Of a stretch of DNA of 64,000 nt, positions 1 to 13,623 are shown one piece after another. Position numbers and translations under genes: made by a program. The stretch covers positions 70,866,001 to 70,930,000 of the forward strand of contig OX597824.1 in NCBI GenBank assembly GCA_951406725.2, given 5' to 3'. The notes under the pieces were generated by a model that made no database searches, was not told the origin of the DNA, and saw nothing but the letters and a program-made list of their open reading frames with translations. Position 1 is the stretch's first letter. Every line of letters begins with the position of its first letter. The DNA is from Octopus vulgaris. Its lineage: Eukaryota.

Positions 1-275
1 TTCAGTGAAGGTATTTTTACTTTGCTGTTCTTTACAATGTGAAAGTAACATGATAACAAGCTGTAAGTCATCATGTTTACAGGAGAATATTTTTTCAATT
101 AAAAATTTGAGAGGGAGAGAGAGGAGGGTGAAAGCAAGGTCCATGTCTTTTACAGATCCCCGTCATCGCTACTACCACCACCACCACCACCACTAACACC
201 ACCACTACCAACACCATCACCACCACTGTCAGGCTGGAGATATTCAGATGATTGATGTTATGTTTCCGAACAATG

Positions 276-314
<39 letters not shown>

Positions 315-874
315 ACTGCAACATCACTTAAGTGGTACTTTCACTGAAGTGGCACCATTTCTGAAGTAGTACTTTCTTTTATCAACCCTGAAAGGATGAA
401 AAGTAAAGTTGATCTTGGAGAAATCTAAACTCTTAGCGCAGAGAACTAGGACCAAGATCACAATGCATTTTATCTGATGCTCTAAGAACTCTTTCAATCC
501 TCTGCCTTTTACACTCCTGAAAGGGAGAGATGGTCATGGCTAAATTGTCTGATCACAGTTCTGTTTGATCAGGGCCATCTTGTGACTAAACAACAGTAAC
601 AGCTGTTACTCCATTTACTGATCTCTTTGTAGGAAAGAGAAATTTCAAAGGATTTGCTTAATCCTTTAAGTTTTCAGATTACTTTGTCAATGAAATGCTT
701 ATTAACACATTTAGCATTTAAACTGACCATATCCAACCAAAATGTTCTTGCTGGTTTATGTTCAATCTGGCTAGATTGTGCATCTCACAGCTACCTTATA
801 ATATTAATCTAAAAAATATACAGTCCCATAATCAAAATTTCAAAGCTACAAGATAATGCATGATTAATTAAAAC

Positions 875-1362
875 CGGCACGTAAAAAGTACCAACCGATC
901 GTGGCCGTTGCCAGCCTCCCCTGGCACCTGTGCCAGTGGCACGTAAAAAGCACCCTATTTCTTTACTACCCACAAGGGGCTAAACATAGAGTGGGCAAAC
1001 AAGAACAGACAAAGGGATTAAGTCGATTACATCGACCCCAGTGTGTAACTGGTACTTAATTTATCAACCCTGAAAGGATGAAAGGCAAAGTCGACCTCGG
1101 CGGAATTTGAACTTAGAATGTAACGGCAGACAAAATACTGTTAAGCATTTCGCCCGGTGTGATAACGTTTTTTCCAGCTCGCCACCACTACACTCATGGA
1201 GTGGTTGGCATTAGGAAGGGCATCCAGCTGTAGAAACACTGCCAGATCAAACTGGAACCTGGTGCAGCCTCATGGCTTCCCAGACCCCAGTCAAACCATC
1301 CAACCCATGCTAGCATGGAAAACGGATGTTAAACGATGATCATGATCATGATCATGATGATG
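875..1362 (+). mobile_element. SINE family B (gttggcgttaggaagggcatccagctgtag domain, (GAT)n tail), interrupted by a family C SINE
   Basis: Matches copies at 12490, 28900 and 33318; tail aacgatgatcatgat. Confidence 0.8.
954..1185 (-). mobile_element. SINE family C (gaggtcgactttgcctttcatcctttc domain)
   Basis: Matches copies at 4172, 26080, 30040, 49605 and 50725. Confidence 0.8.
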
Positions 1363-2179
1363 TCAATAAATAAGCGTTACATTTGACAGAATAATCTGAA
1401 TGCTAAAGGGTTAATTCATGTTATTTTGAATTAATCACGCACTATCTTGTAGTTTTGAGATTTTGATGATATAATTGGTTATTCTTAGAATGACATTGTA
1501 GGGTAGGTGTGACACGCCAGATTTGGCTAGTTTGAACATAAAACAGGTGGAATATTTGGATGGTCAGATGCAGCCAGTTTAAATACCAAAGGGTTAAATT
1601 TGTTTGCAACAAAACACTTGCCCCTTTCTGATAACTGAGCCTGTCTTTCACATCATCTGTTTCTCTACTATTCACTTTCTCAGTCAATGCCTTGAGTGAA
1701 TAAGATCAGTGGGTAGTGAGAGTGTTTTAACGCTGTATGAGCATATGTGTGTGTATGTAAAAGGGAGGTATGTAAGTGTTTGTGTGTGTGTATGTGTGTG
1801 CAGTGGAAGTGAGATGGTGAATATTCAATGCTGAAAAGAAAAATCAAACAGTGTTTCAACTCTGTGTGAGTATATGTATGTAAGTATGTGTGTGTGTGTG
1901 TACAAGGGAAGTATGTGGATGTTCGTATGTGTCGACTTGTAGTCTATCAGTAACAAATGATGATTGATGTCACATCTCAAAAGATAACCACTTGATAACA
2001 TTGACAAGTGTATTAATTTGATTTACCGTCCATATTTATATATAAAATACTACAATTAGCCATCATTTTTGACAGCATGGGGCAAGCTAGTATTTCATAT
2101 TACTTTGTGTTACATTACAATATATTTTGTTACTTATAGTATTTTATATTACCAGTATTTAATGGGTCCTCTGTCAATT

Positions 2180-2475
2180 ACAACGAGGGTTCCAGTTGTT
2201 CCAATTAACAGAACAGCCAACTTGTGAAATTAATGTGCAAGTGGCTGAGCACTTCACAGACTTGCATACCCTTAACATAGTTCTAGGGGAGATTCAACAT
2301 GACACAGAAGGTGACAAGGCTGGACCTTTGAATTACTGGTACAATTCATTTTTACCAGCTGAGTGGACTGGAGCAATGTGAAATAAAGTGTCTTGCTCAA
2401 GGACACAATGCACCACCAGGAATCGAACTCACAACTTTATGATTGTGAGCCGAATACCCTAACCACTAAGCCATG
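2180..2475 (-). mobile_element. tRNA-derived SINE (family D/E type)
   Basis: Reverse complement has tggcttagtggttaggg A-box and gagttcgattcc B-box; 3' part matches 60750-60930. Confidence 0.75.
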
Positions 2476-2775
2476 TGTCTTCACCTGCCAATATTTACTT
2501 ATTTTATAGCCAAACCTGTCTTCATAAACACACCCACACATATGCATGCACACACATACATACACACACACAAACATACCGACACAGTCTCACATACGCA
2601 CATACCAAAAACCACATACACACACACGCATTTCCTCAAACAAGCATTCACAGATATACACACACATTTACATATAAAGAATCACACACAAACATACACA
2701 CATCCAAAACCAGACAATCCTCTGTAAATATCTTCCTTGCTACATGTTACTTACATTAGGTCTTCCTCAATCACA

Positions 2776-2851
<76 letters not shown>

Positions 2852-3948
2852 TGCATATAAATATACATATGTACACACACTTATATATACACACTTACAT
2901 GCACATATATACATCATTTAGGTTATAGTAGAACCTGTTAAGGTAGAACCAAGATTTTAACCACAAGTAAACAATCTCCTAACTAAGATTTTTTTTTTTT
3001 TTAAAACATCAACATTGATTGACAAAGTAGGCTGGAAAGCCTGGTATTTTCTTGCAGTAATTGGCTCTCCAGCACATGCACTTGTTCACATCTTCCATTT
3101 TCTCAACAAGGAATGTTCAGCAGAGCTTCCTTGATGGCATTTGGATGTTTTACAATAAATATAGAAGCAGTTGTCTTTCAGTCTTCACTTCCTTGTTCCT
3201 TGTCTACAGATAATGCTTGACAGTAGCTGACGCAGTTATCGAGATATGAGTAGAAACAAAAGAAAGTGATCAACACAAGACAGTCATAAACTTATTTTGT
3301 TTTAATCTTATAAGTTAAGAGGGAAAACAGTACCCATGAAGCCTGTACTTCAGTGGTCCTCCCAACCTTTTTTTTTTTTTGCACAATGGCCTGCTTTGGT
3401 GCAAGACAATTTTGCCATTGACCTGGAGATCATGAACATAACAAAACATGAAGTGCATAATGTATAATTTAATTATTGCATATATGATGCCTATATGCTA
3501 CATATGTTACCTGTATATGTAATATATGGTGCCTTGCTTTGCTGTGCTCAAGAAGACCCATCCACTACAGCAGAATTGATATGGTGATGTAGCCATATAA
3601 AAAGGTGGTGTTTTTGTGTGTGTGTGTATGTATGTGTTTGCCCCCTCACACACACACAAACACTTTGCTTCGAAACCAGTATCAGTTTGTTTATGTCCCT
3701 GAAACTTAGCAGTTGAGCAAAAGAGATCAATAGAATAAGTACCACACTTTTAAAACAATAAGTACTGGGATCAATATGTCTGACTAAACCCTTCAAGGTG
3801 GTGCCCTAGCGTGTCTGCAAACCAATGATTGAAACAAGAAAATTATAAAAGATATTTCTGTTGGAATACGTTAACTATGTTTCAATTTATATTTTGAAAA
3901 TAATAAAGAATGTATCAAAATAGTTGTCATTATTATGTTGATGTTTAA

Positions 3949-4168
3949 CCCTTTTGTTACTGTATTTCTTTTGAGATGCTCTGTGTTTCTTTCAATTACT
4001 TTAAATATAACAAAGAATTTAGTAAAAGAACTTAGTTATCATTCAGCTAGTGTTAGGAACATAGATTGTGACTAAGGTTTGGTGGAAGATTTTAATTCAA
4101 AACTTTTGAAAACAAGGCATTTGTACTCAGAAACAGAGCCGGTTTCAGCCGGGTTGGTAATGAAAAGG
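3949..4168. mobile_element. piggyBac-type MITE, second family
   Basis: TTAA|cccttttgttac ... gtaatgaaaagg|TTAA; near-identical copy at 31678-31897. Confidence 0.8.
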
Positions 4169-4171
4169 TTA

Positions 4172-4580
4172 AGGCAGTGAACTGGCAGAACCATTAGCAT
4201 GCTGGATGAAATGCTTAGTGCTATTTCACCGATCGCTATGTTTTGATTTCAATTTCCGCTAAGGTCAACTTTGCCTTTCATCCTTTTAGGGTTGATGAAA
4301 TAAGTACCAGTTACGCACTGTGGTCAATGCAATCAACTAGACCCTCCCCTCAAGTTCCAGGCCTTGTGCCTATAGTAAAAAGGATTATGTTGATGTTTAA
4401 GGCAGAAAGCTGGCAGAATCATTAGTACACCAGATAAAATGCTTAGTGACATTTTGTCCATCTCTACATTCTGAGTTCAAATTCTTCTGAGGTCGACTTT
4501 ACCTTATGGAGTCAATAAAATAAGTTGAACACTGGGGTTAATGTAATTGGCTGGCCTTGTGCCAAAATAAGACTGGTTTA
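4172..4580 (+). mobile_element. Two adjacent family C SINEs
   Basis: Each starts aaggcag...ctggcagaa; ttatgttgatgttt recurs at ~3932, ~4385 and ~4581 like target-site duplications. Confidence 0.7.
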
Positions 4581-5648
4581 TTATGCTGACGTTTGGAATA
4601 AAAATTAATGATAAATTTTGATAGAAGGTGTTGATTTAGATTACTTTAAAACAGGGTATTTGTATCATAGAATCAAGATTGTTTTTGAGTGGGTGAGAAT
4701 GGAAAGGGTGAAAAGATTCAGCCTTATCATACACCATGTCACATTGATTCTACCTGAGAATTATGCTAATGATACAACTGTTTGAAGACTGCTCAGCCAC
4801 TTACATGTTACTTCAGGTAATTCAGTTAACCAAACAATTGAATATTCATCCTTGAATAACACTGTGTAACAAAATTCTTTTCTTTGTCATTGGTCTGTAA
4901 ATGCTGTTTCCTATTTGCTCCTATCTAGAAATCAAAGGAAATGACTACTATTCCCTTCAAACTTTACTTTTTTGACCTGGACATCAATGTTTTGAAACTG
5001 ACCTGTTTTCCATTACATTTTAGACAGATTCAGTATTGAGTTGCTAAAGCAGAACTATCGTTATAGCAAATATTCTGCTCAGTAATACAGATTTGCTTGC
5101 CAGTCACTTGATATTAACCACTTGAGCATGTCCCTTAGTGGCTGACAATATGTGCATCTCTGTTCACGAGCAGGAATAGTAGGGGAGCATCATGGCCATG
5201 TGTTGAGAGGGATTTTTGGGGGTTTGAATAAATGTAACGAAAGCAAAGTTTGGAGGAAATATTAAGCATTTTTCATACTTTCTAAGGGTGAGCAAATAGA
5301 AAACAACAGTTGCTATCCAAGGACAAAAATTGTGTCAAACAGTGTAATGGAGGTCCACCATTCATTGGATAACAGAGACACTATGTCGTCTACTTCTCCC
5401 CTCACCACTCGCCGCTCACCAAAATCAGTTATGAATACCGCCTGGAATGTCTTTGAGGAAAGACCTGCTTCTTATTTTCACAAATACATCTTTTGTATTG
5501 CTGTCCAATAAGCATTTTGTAAATATAAATTCCAGACATCTAGTGACAGTATACTGAGTTTAATGAGATAATTTGTGGCTTTGACAACTTCAAAGCTGAT
5601 GAGGTACAACAAGGTTGAAATCATGAAACACTAGATGACAGTTAAGTA

Positions 5649-5727
<79 letters not shown>

Positions 5728-5966
5728 TTATCTATCTATCTACCTACCTACCTATATATATATATATAGCTATTTATCTAACTATCTATCTATCTATCTT
5801 AGTCCATATACCTGCCTGCCTCTTTCAGTTTCTCTCTTTGTTCTGTCTACCTACCTACCTACCTACCTGAACACCACCCTGTACATAACTCCATGTCCCC
5901 CTACATGGCATTGCTTTTTGCTTTTTGAGCCAAAAAATTAACTAACTATACATATATATATATTTG

Positions 5967-6013
<47 letters not shown>

Positions 6014-6185
6014 CGGGAAGCTTTATGAAAATAGACAAAAGACGAAGGCAGGTGGGAAACAAACAAACATATATGTATGTATGTATGAATATGTATTTAT
6101 ATATGTACGCATATGTAAGTATATATATGTATGTATGTATGTATTTATTTATATATATGTGTGTATTTATTTATATATATGTATG

Positions 6186-6218
<33 letters not shown>

Positions 6219-7354
6219 ATATATATATATGAAGGAGATGAGGACCAAGGTATATGGCACATTATGGTATTCAAAAAGACTGCCCACCACAACGGAACTC
6301 AGATCCTAAAACCAAGGTACCACATAAAAAGCATTGGTGTGGATGCTGGTGCCATGTAAAAAGCATAGGTGATGGTGGAACGTAAAAAGCACCCAGTATA
6401 CTCTGTAAAGTGATTGGTGTTAGGGAGGGCATCCAGCTGCTGAAACCAAACCAAAATAGACTATGGAATCCTGATACAGCCTCTGGTTTTGTCAGCTCCT
6501 GTCAAGTCAGCTAACCCATGCCAGCATGGAAAACAGCTTTTAAATGTTGTTGTTTCACTTTACAAGGTCCACTCAAAAGGCTTTGGTCAACCTAGGCTGT
6601 TGAGAAGATACTTGCCCACAGTGATGCACATCAGGACTGAACCTAAGACCACCTGATTAGGAAGCAATCTTCTTAACCACACAGCTAACCCTATTCATGT
6701 CTATCTTTATCATCATTGAAGAAGGTAAAAAGAGAGAAAATAGAAAACTTCTGACAATGTAGAAAGTTTTATAAAACCTTTATATTTCAGGTGCAAAGTT
6801 TGGGAAATGTCTAGCTATGCAGGTTCTGTTAACCCATTCAAGTCCCCTAGAGTTATGTAGTAGCAGCAGTCACACTCCTGTCCACTTTTCCATGTGTGCA
6901 TGGGTCAGACAGAATTTGCTAAAACACATTTTTAGGGCTAGCTGCATGCCTTTCCTGAGGCCCACCCTCACCTGTTTCCGAGCAAGGGAATATTTATCCT
7001 GGCCAGAAACGTTTCTCATTAAGATTGCAAGTGAGCTTGTATGATGTTTTGGAAGAATAACATGTAATAACCTAACAATATGTCTTTTTTACTCCTCTGA
7101 TGAGATTTTGCCCAATAAAATGTTTTAATTACTGGAATTCCATTCTTTTGGAATTTTTGCAGTTAATAAATTATATTAACACTACTTCTTCATTTTCTGG
7201 ATTTTAATTTGAATATTTATAAACCAAGATTTATATTTAAACCTACTATTTTTGGAACATTACTATTTACAACAAAATAATAGGTAACAAACCAGTAATT
7301 CACTGGATATTGTCAGTCCCTTAAGGTGTTTTTTTTTTAACCTCTATTTAAATA

Positions 7355-7394
<40 letters not shown>

Positions 7395-7399
<5 letters not shown>

Positions 7400-7562
7400 G
7401 TAAATTAATATGTGACAATTATTCGGTAGCCAAGATAAAATTCTGAGTTTCAGATGCCGAGGTGGAAATCCACACCACCATCTATTGATTGGAAGTGAGC
7501 ATCCAAAACTCAGAGTTTTATCTTGGCTACCGAATAATTGTCACATATTAATTTACAGATAA
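7395..7562. repeat. Fold-back element (same family as 22045-22262), hammerhead 5' core deleted
   Basis: ctgtaaattaatatgtgacaattattcggtagccaagataaaa is inverted at 7516-7560; flanked by (TA)n. Confidence 0.85.
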
Positions 7563-8089
7563 ATTTCCTCTATTTACATAATATCGAGGCCTCTTTCTTT
7601 CTTTTGTTATCTTACCGTTTTTACCAATATATATATATATTTATATATACACACACACATACATGATGGACTCTCCCATCGAAGATAATGTATGAGCATA
7701 GAGATTTTGCTGAATAACCTGCACAAATTTGTTTTATAGTAATCAAATACTTATGATGCACATTGGCTCACTCCCTTTATCAAATCAACAGGTGCATGGT
7801 GTATTACACATCAGGTATTGAAGTGATCACAGAACATGAGATGAAGTCATTTTCCTCAAGAACACGAGACACCACCCAGTCTAGGAATTTTGTCTTTAAT
7901 TCACTCACAAGGCTGTGATTTAGCCCAGAGCTATAGTAGAAGATTCTTGCCCAAAGTGTCGTGAAATGGGGCTGAACCTAAAACCATATGATTGGGAAAC
8001 AAGCTTCTTAACCATTCAGTCATACCTTTTATATGCATATATATATATATGTGAGTGTGTGTACAGGCATGCATGTACATATATATATA

Positions 8090-8139
<50 letters not shown>

Positions 8140-8141
<2 letters not shown>

Positions 8142-8468
8142 TTAGAGAAACCACAATTATGCAATTCAAACAATGATAGACATAAACCAAATCATGAATA
8201 ACAAATAAAATATATTTTTATAAAACATATAACTAGATCACAAAAAGTATAAAAATGAATAATCAATATATAAAAGTAAAAAAAACTACATATTCCATGG
8301 CTATAATTAAATTCTAATTTTTTTACTTATTATATATTGATTATTCATTTTTATACTTTTTGTGATCTAGTTATATGTTTTATAAAAATATATTTCATTT
8401 GTTAATTATAATTTGTTTTACATCTATCATTGTTTGAATTGCATAATAGTGGTTTTTTTCTCTAATTT
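8140..8468. repeat. AT-rich fold-back with ~145-bp arms
   Basis: aattagagaaaccacaattatgcaattcaaacaatgatag... versus ...ctatcattgtttgaattgcataatagtggttttttctctaatt; related pieces at 22327, 23850 and 40590. Confidence 0.85.
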
Positions 8469-8570
8469 ATATTTTACATATTTATATTGTGAAATTTGAT
8501 TTAATGCTAAATTGAACTTTCCCCTGTAAGTTTGGAGTTATATTCCCTAATATTATTATTATTATTATTA

Positions 8571-8686
<116 letters not shown>

Positions 8687-8921
8687 TGCAGATGGTGATA
8701 TCATTTATGACTGGACTGCAACCAGTGAAGTTTGCTGTCAATATAATCATTTTCCAATTGTATCTGTACTTTTAAATCCCTCTGGAATAAAAAAAAAAAT
8801 CCCTTTCTTGAAAAGGCAGGTTAAGGATTAGTGACAGTAAGTACATCCAGTTGTAAAAAAATTCCCATGGGAAGCAGATGTTAAATGAAAGGAACAACTG
8901 CATGAATGATTTCTCTTTCTC

Positions 8922-9306
8922 TTTTTTACTTGTTTCAGTCAGTTGACTGTGGCCATGCTGGAGCACCACCTTTAATCGAGCAACTCAACCCCGGGACTTA
9001 TTCTTTGTAAGCCTAGTACTTATTCTATCGGTCTCTTTTGCCGAACTGCTAAGTGACGGGGACATAAACACACCAGCATCAGTTGTCAAGCGATGTTGGA
9101 TGGGACAAACACAGACACACAAACATACACGCACACACATATATATATATACATATATACGATGGGCTTCTTTCAGTTTCCGTCTACCAAATCCACTCAC
9201 AAGGCTTTGGTCGGCCCGAGGCTATAGTAGAAGACACTTGCCCAAGGTGCCACGCAGTGGGACTGAACCCGGAACCATGTGGTTGGTAAACAAGCTACTT
9301 ACCACA
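8922..9306 (-). mobile_element. SINE family A (tRNA-like head, internal TA/CA microsatellite)
   Basis: Reverse complement of the copies at 15897, 27728 and 48476. Confidence 0.85.
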
Positions 9307-9842
9307 AAGATAGTATGAAGGTATGTGGCTTAGTGGCTTGGGGCATTCGGCTCACAATAAGGTCATGAGTTCAATTCCTGGCAGCGAATTATGTCCTTCA
9401 GTAAGATATTTTATTTCATGTTGCTCCTGTCCACTCAGCTGGCAAATATGAGTTGTGCCTGTATTTCAAAGGGACAGTCTTGTCCCATTTTGTGTCATGT
9501 GGAATCTCCCTGTGAACTATCCTAAATGTATATAATATTTGTGGAGTGCTCAGCCACTAGCACTTTAATTTCATGGGCAGGCTATTCCATAGATTAGATC
9601 AGCTGGAAAACTAGTCATCAAAACTGACAAAGTGCCAGGAAGGTCATAGTGTTTATTTTAAGAGAGTTGGCTGTGATTTCTAGCAGATCAAATAACCAAA
9701 CAGAAGCTCTCTCCCATATCAGGTACACCTATGTTGATTTAGTTATCTTTTGTCTTATCTTTTACATGATTTATTCATTAGATTGTGGCCATGCTGGGGC
9801 ACTGCCTTGAAGCATTTTAGTTGAACAAATCAATCCCAATAC

Positions 9843-9895
<53 letters not shown>

Positions 9896-10220
9896 GTAAA
9901 GCCTAGTACTTAGCAGTCTCTTTTGCCAAACCGCTAAGTTCTGGAGGCATAAACACACCAGCACTGGATGTCAAGTGGTGGTGGGCACACAAACACAGAT
10001 GTAAACACACGCGTGCGTGCACACATACACACACACATATATGTGAAGGTGCATGGTTCAGTGGTTTCACCATTGGGCTCACAACCATGAAGTAGTGAGT
10101 TCAACTCCTGGACCAGGCTCTGTGTTTTGTTCCTGAACAATCCCATGCTCATTCATGACTGAAGTGGGTGGCGATTTTTTTGCCTCTGCCTTCCCTCCTC
10201 TGGATCTTTCCTTCTCCTAT

Positions 10221-10255
10221 GTTTCTGACGAAGAGCTCCGCTCGAAACGTTAAAC
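10221..10255 (+). ncRNA. Minimal type I hammerhead ribozyme motif (Penelope-like type)
   Basis: GUUU-CUGACGA-A-GAGC(UCC)GCUC-GAAAC-GU-U-AAAC: stem I GUUU/AAAC, core CUGANGA and GAAA, 4-bp stem II, palindromic ACGU stem III. Confidence 0.65.
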
Positions 10256-10349
10256 TCTCCTTCTTTCCTTCTTTCCTGAGCGTCCAATAATACTATATTT
10301 TTTCCACGTCCTCGTGTTGTTGTGTTTTTTTGTGCTTTCACGTTTGGAT

Positions 10350-10404
<55 letters not shown>

Positions 10405-10457
10405 CGAAAATAATTATTTCTTATTGAACATATTAATTTATATATTATTTATTATTT

Positions 10458-10512
<55 letters not shown>

Positions 10513-11050
10513 AGTATGTATATGGGCTTCTTTCAGTTTCTGTCAACCAAATCCACCCACAAGTCTTTGGTCAATCCAAGGGGCTGAATCCAGAACCATG
10601 TGGTCAAGAAGCAAGCTTAATACTACATATACACATGCCTGCACCTTATTAATTTTATTTAGTTTTTAATTAAGTTTTTTTTTTTTTGTAAATTATTTCT
10701 CTATCCTTGTTACCCAGTGGAGGGTGTTCAAGGGAAACAGGTTTCACAGTTCACAAATATTTCATAGCAAAGCAAAACAAAGAAAAAATAATAATCATAA
10801 AGAAAAGCATCTGAAGTGTGGCCTGAACCATGAACCATGGGGTCTTTGTGTCTCTCTTGTTCCAAGAGACACAGATCAAACTGAAAGGAGCTTACAAAAA
10901 GAGTGGGGAGGGGGGTAAGGGTGTGGTTCTGGAATGCATTCACATTGGGGTCATTGCAGTCATTGGGTGTAATGAAATATGAATGAATGACTTTGTGGAC
11001 CCACTGGCTTCTGGGAAGCTAGGGGGAGTAAGTACATTGGTTCCTTATTG

Positions 11051-11082
<32 letters not shown>

Positions 11083-11301
11083 TTATTATATATAATTTTA
11101 TCTTTCATCCTACATGTTTCCAGTCAGTAAATTGTGGCCATGCTGTAGCACCACCTGGTACTTATCCTATTGGTCTCTTTTGTTGAACTGGTAAGTTACA
11201 GGAGATGTAAACACACTAACATCACTTGACAAGTGATGGTGGGGGAGAAACACCTTGTGAATGGTTTTGGTAGACCGAAACTGAAAGAAGCCCATTGTAT
11301 G

Positions 11302-11347
<46 letters not shown>

Positions 11348-11984
11348 TATGTTTGTGTGTCTGTGTTTGTCCCTCCAGCATCGCTTGACAACTGATGCTG
11401 GTGTGTTTATGTCCCCGTAACTTAGCAGTTCAGCAGAAGAGACTGATAGAATAAGTACTAGGCTTACAAAGAATAAGTCCTCGTGTCAATTTGCTTGACT
11501 AAAGGCAGTGCTCCAACATGTCCGTAGTCAAATGACTGAAACAAATAAAAGAATAAAGGAATAAAAAAACATATATATATATATATATATATAAGCATGG
11601 CTCTCTGATAAGTTTGGTTCTCAACCAACCACATGGTTACAAGTTCAGTCCCACAAGTGGCACCTTAGGCAAGTATCTTCTACCATAGCTTCAGGCCAAC
11701 CAAAGCCTTGTGAGTGGATTTGGTTGACAGAAACTGAAAGAAGCTCATCATATGTGTGTGTGTGTGCTTGTCCCCCACCCACCATTTGACAACTACTGTT
11801 GATTTGTTTATCCCCCATTAACCTAGCAGTTCAGCAAAAGAGACTGATGAAATAAGTACCAGGCTTAAAAAAAATTAAACTCTGGGGTTGATTCATTAAC
11901 TAAAAATTCTGCGAGGTGGCATCCCAGCATATCCACTGTCTAATGAACAACACTATCAGTAGCCCTTTCAGTTGTGTGTGTGTA

Positions 11985-12025
<41 letters not shown>

Positions 12026-12489
12026 GTCTGCATATGTGGGAGTGTATGTATGTATGTGTGTGTGTATGTGTAATAGCCACCTCCGCTACCATTCTGCTAT
12101 TGAACGTTGATATGTTCGCGTCTTTTTTTTTCTGGATGTTTACAATATCAGGACTTTAACCCACATGGATTTATGCAGGGTTGCACCTGAACATTTCTGC
12201 TTCTTTTTTCTTCTCTTTCTTCATCTCCTTATTCCTTTACTCCTGTCCTCTATGTCATCATTTCATTAATTTATACCCTTCTCATTTTCCATATTTGTCT
12301 TCAATGACAGAATATCTCATACTCTGGGACGTCCCAGAAACAGCTGAAAGACTTTGAATTTTTTTCCAACAATAATGTATATGATTTGAGATGTTTGCAT
12401 TGCCTTAATGCTTGTTGTCCTCTTTTACAATTATACACACACACACACACATGTATATAAATATTTATATATATATATATATATATATA

Positions 12490-12803
12490 TGGCACATAAA
12501 AAGCACCATCCGAACGTGGCCGTTGCCAGTGCCACCTTGGCTGGCTTCCGTGCCGGTGGCACATTAAAAGCTCCAACCGATCGTGGCCGATGCCGGACCC
12601 CCCTGGCACCTGTGCAGGTGGCACGTAAAAAGCACCCACTACACTCGCGGAGTGGTTGGCTTTAGGAAGGACATCCAGCTGTAGAAACTCTGCCAGATCA
12701 GACTGGAGCCTGGTGCAGCCCCTAGCTTCCCAGACCCCGGTCGAACTGTCCAACCCGTGCTAGCGCGGAAAACGGACGTTAAACGATGATGATGATGATG
12801 ATG
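12490..12803 (+). mobile_element. SINE family B, well preserved
   Basis: aggaaggacatccagctgtagaaac domain; aacggacgttaaac(gat)n tail. Confidence 0.85.
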
Positions 12804-13034
12804 ATATATAACAGTGGTGCATCAGCATGGCTGCAGTTCTGAGCTGAAACTACAGAAAAAAAAATATATAAATGTATATTTATATATATGCATATACACA
12901 CATGCGTATGCAAATGTATATGCACATATGTATACATACATATGACTGGATGAATGCCTTTGCATAACAAGGTAGTTTGTCAAATACAGAGGGAGAGACT
13001 GACTGAAAGTAAAGGGAGATTGGGAGAGAAAGAG

Positions 13035-13231
13035 CTAGATAAGAAAAAGAAATACAAAGACAGACAGACAGACAGATATAGATAAGTTGATAGATAGAAA
13101 GATAGACAGATAGATAGATAGATAGATAGATAAGCATATATAGAGGTAAGTAGGCATGTAAGTAGATAGGTTGGTTGTTAGGTAGGTAGGTAGGTAGGTA
13201 GGTAGATAGATAGATAGACAGATAGATAGAT

Positions 13232-13281
<50 letters not shown>

Positions 13282-13323
13282 GTATATAAAGAGTGAAGTA
13301 GGTATATACATGTAGATAGATAA

Positions 13324-13367
<44 letters not shown>

Positions 13368-13391
13368 GGATATAGAGACATAAGTAGGTAG

Positions 13392-13438
<47 letters not shown>

Positions 13439-13440
13439 CG
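13035..13440. repeat. (GATA)n/(GGTA)n microsatellite
   Basis: Directly visible. Confidence 0.95.
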
Positions 13441-13587
13441 TAGACAAATGCAGTTACCAAAAAAAGAAATAAATATATAAAGATGGAAAATAAAAACCCA
13501 AAGTGTTATTTACCAGCCGGTAAATGGCCAGTTTTGGGGGAGAAGATATTTGTGTAGAGACAGTCGTACAGTAATACAGCTGTACTT

Positions 13588-13623
<36 letters not shown>

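Larger units (their letters stand above)
706..1410 (-). mobile_element. piggyBac-type MITE of the same family inserted in opposite orientation
   Basis: TTAA duplicated at 702-705 and 1411-1414; ends ...tttagcatt / aatgctaaaggg. Confidence 0.7.
662..1593 (+). mobile_element. piggyBac-type MITE (outer copy) containing nested insertions
   Basis: TTAA at 658-661 and 1594-1597; ends tcctttaag...caaaggg; internal sequence is the reverse complement of the inner copy. Confidence 0.65.

Noticed and set aside
5575-5640. ctgatgag...gaaacac hammerhead-like string (also ctgatgag at 7097)
   Set aside because: No convincing stems or cleavage triplet.
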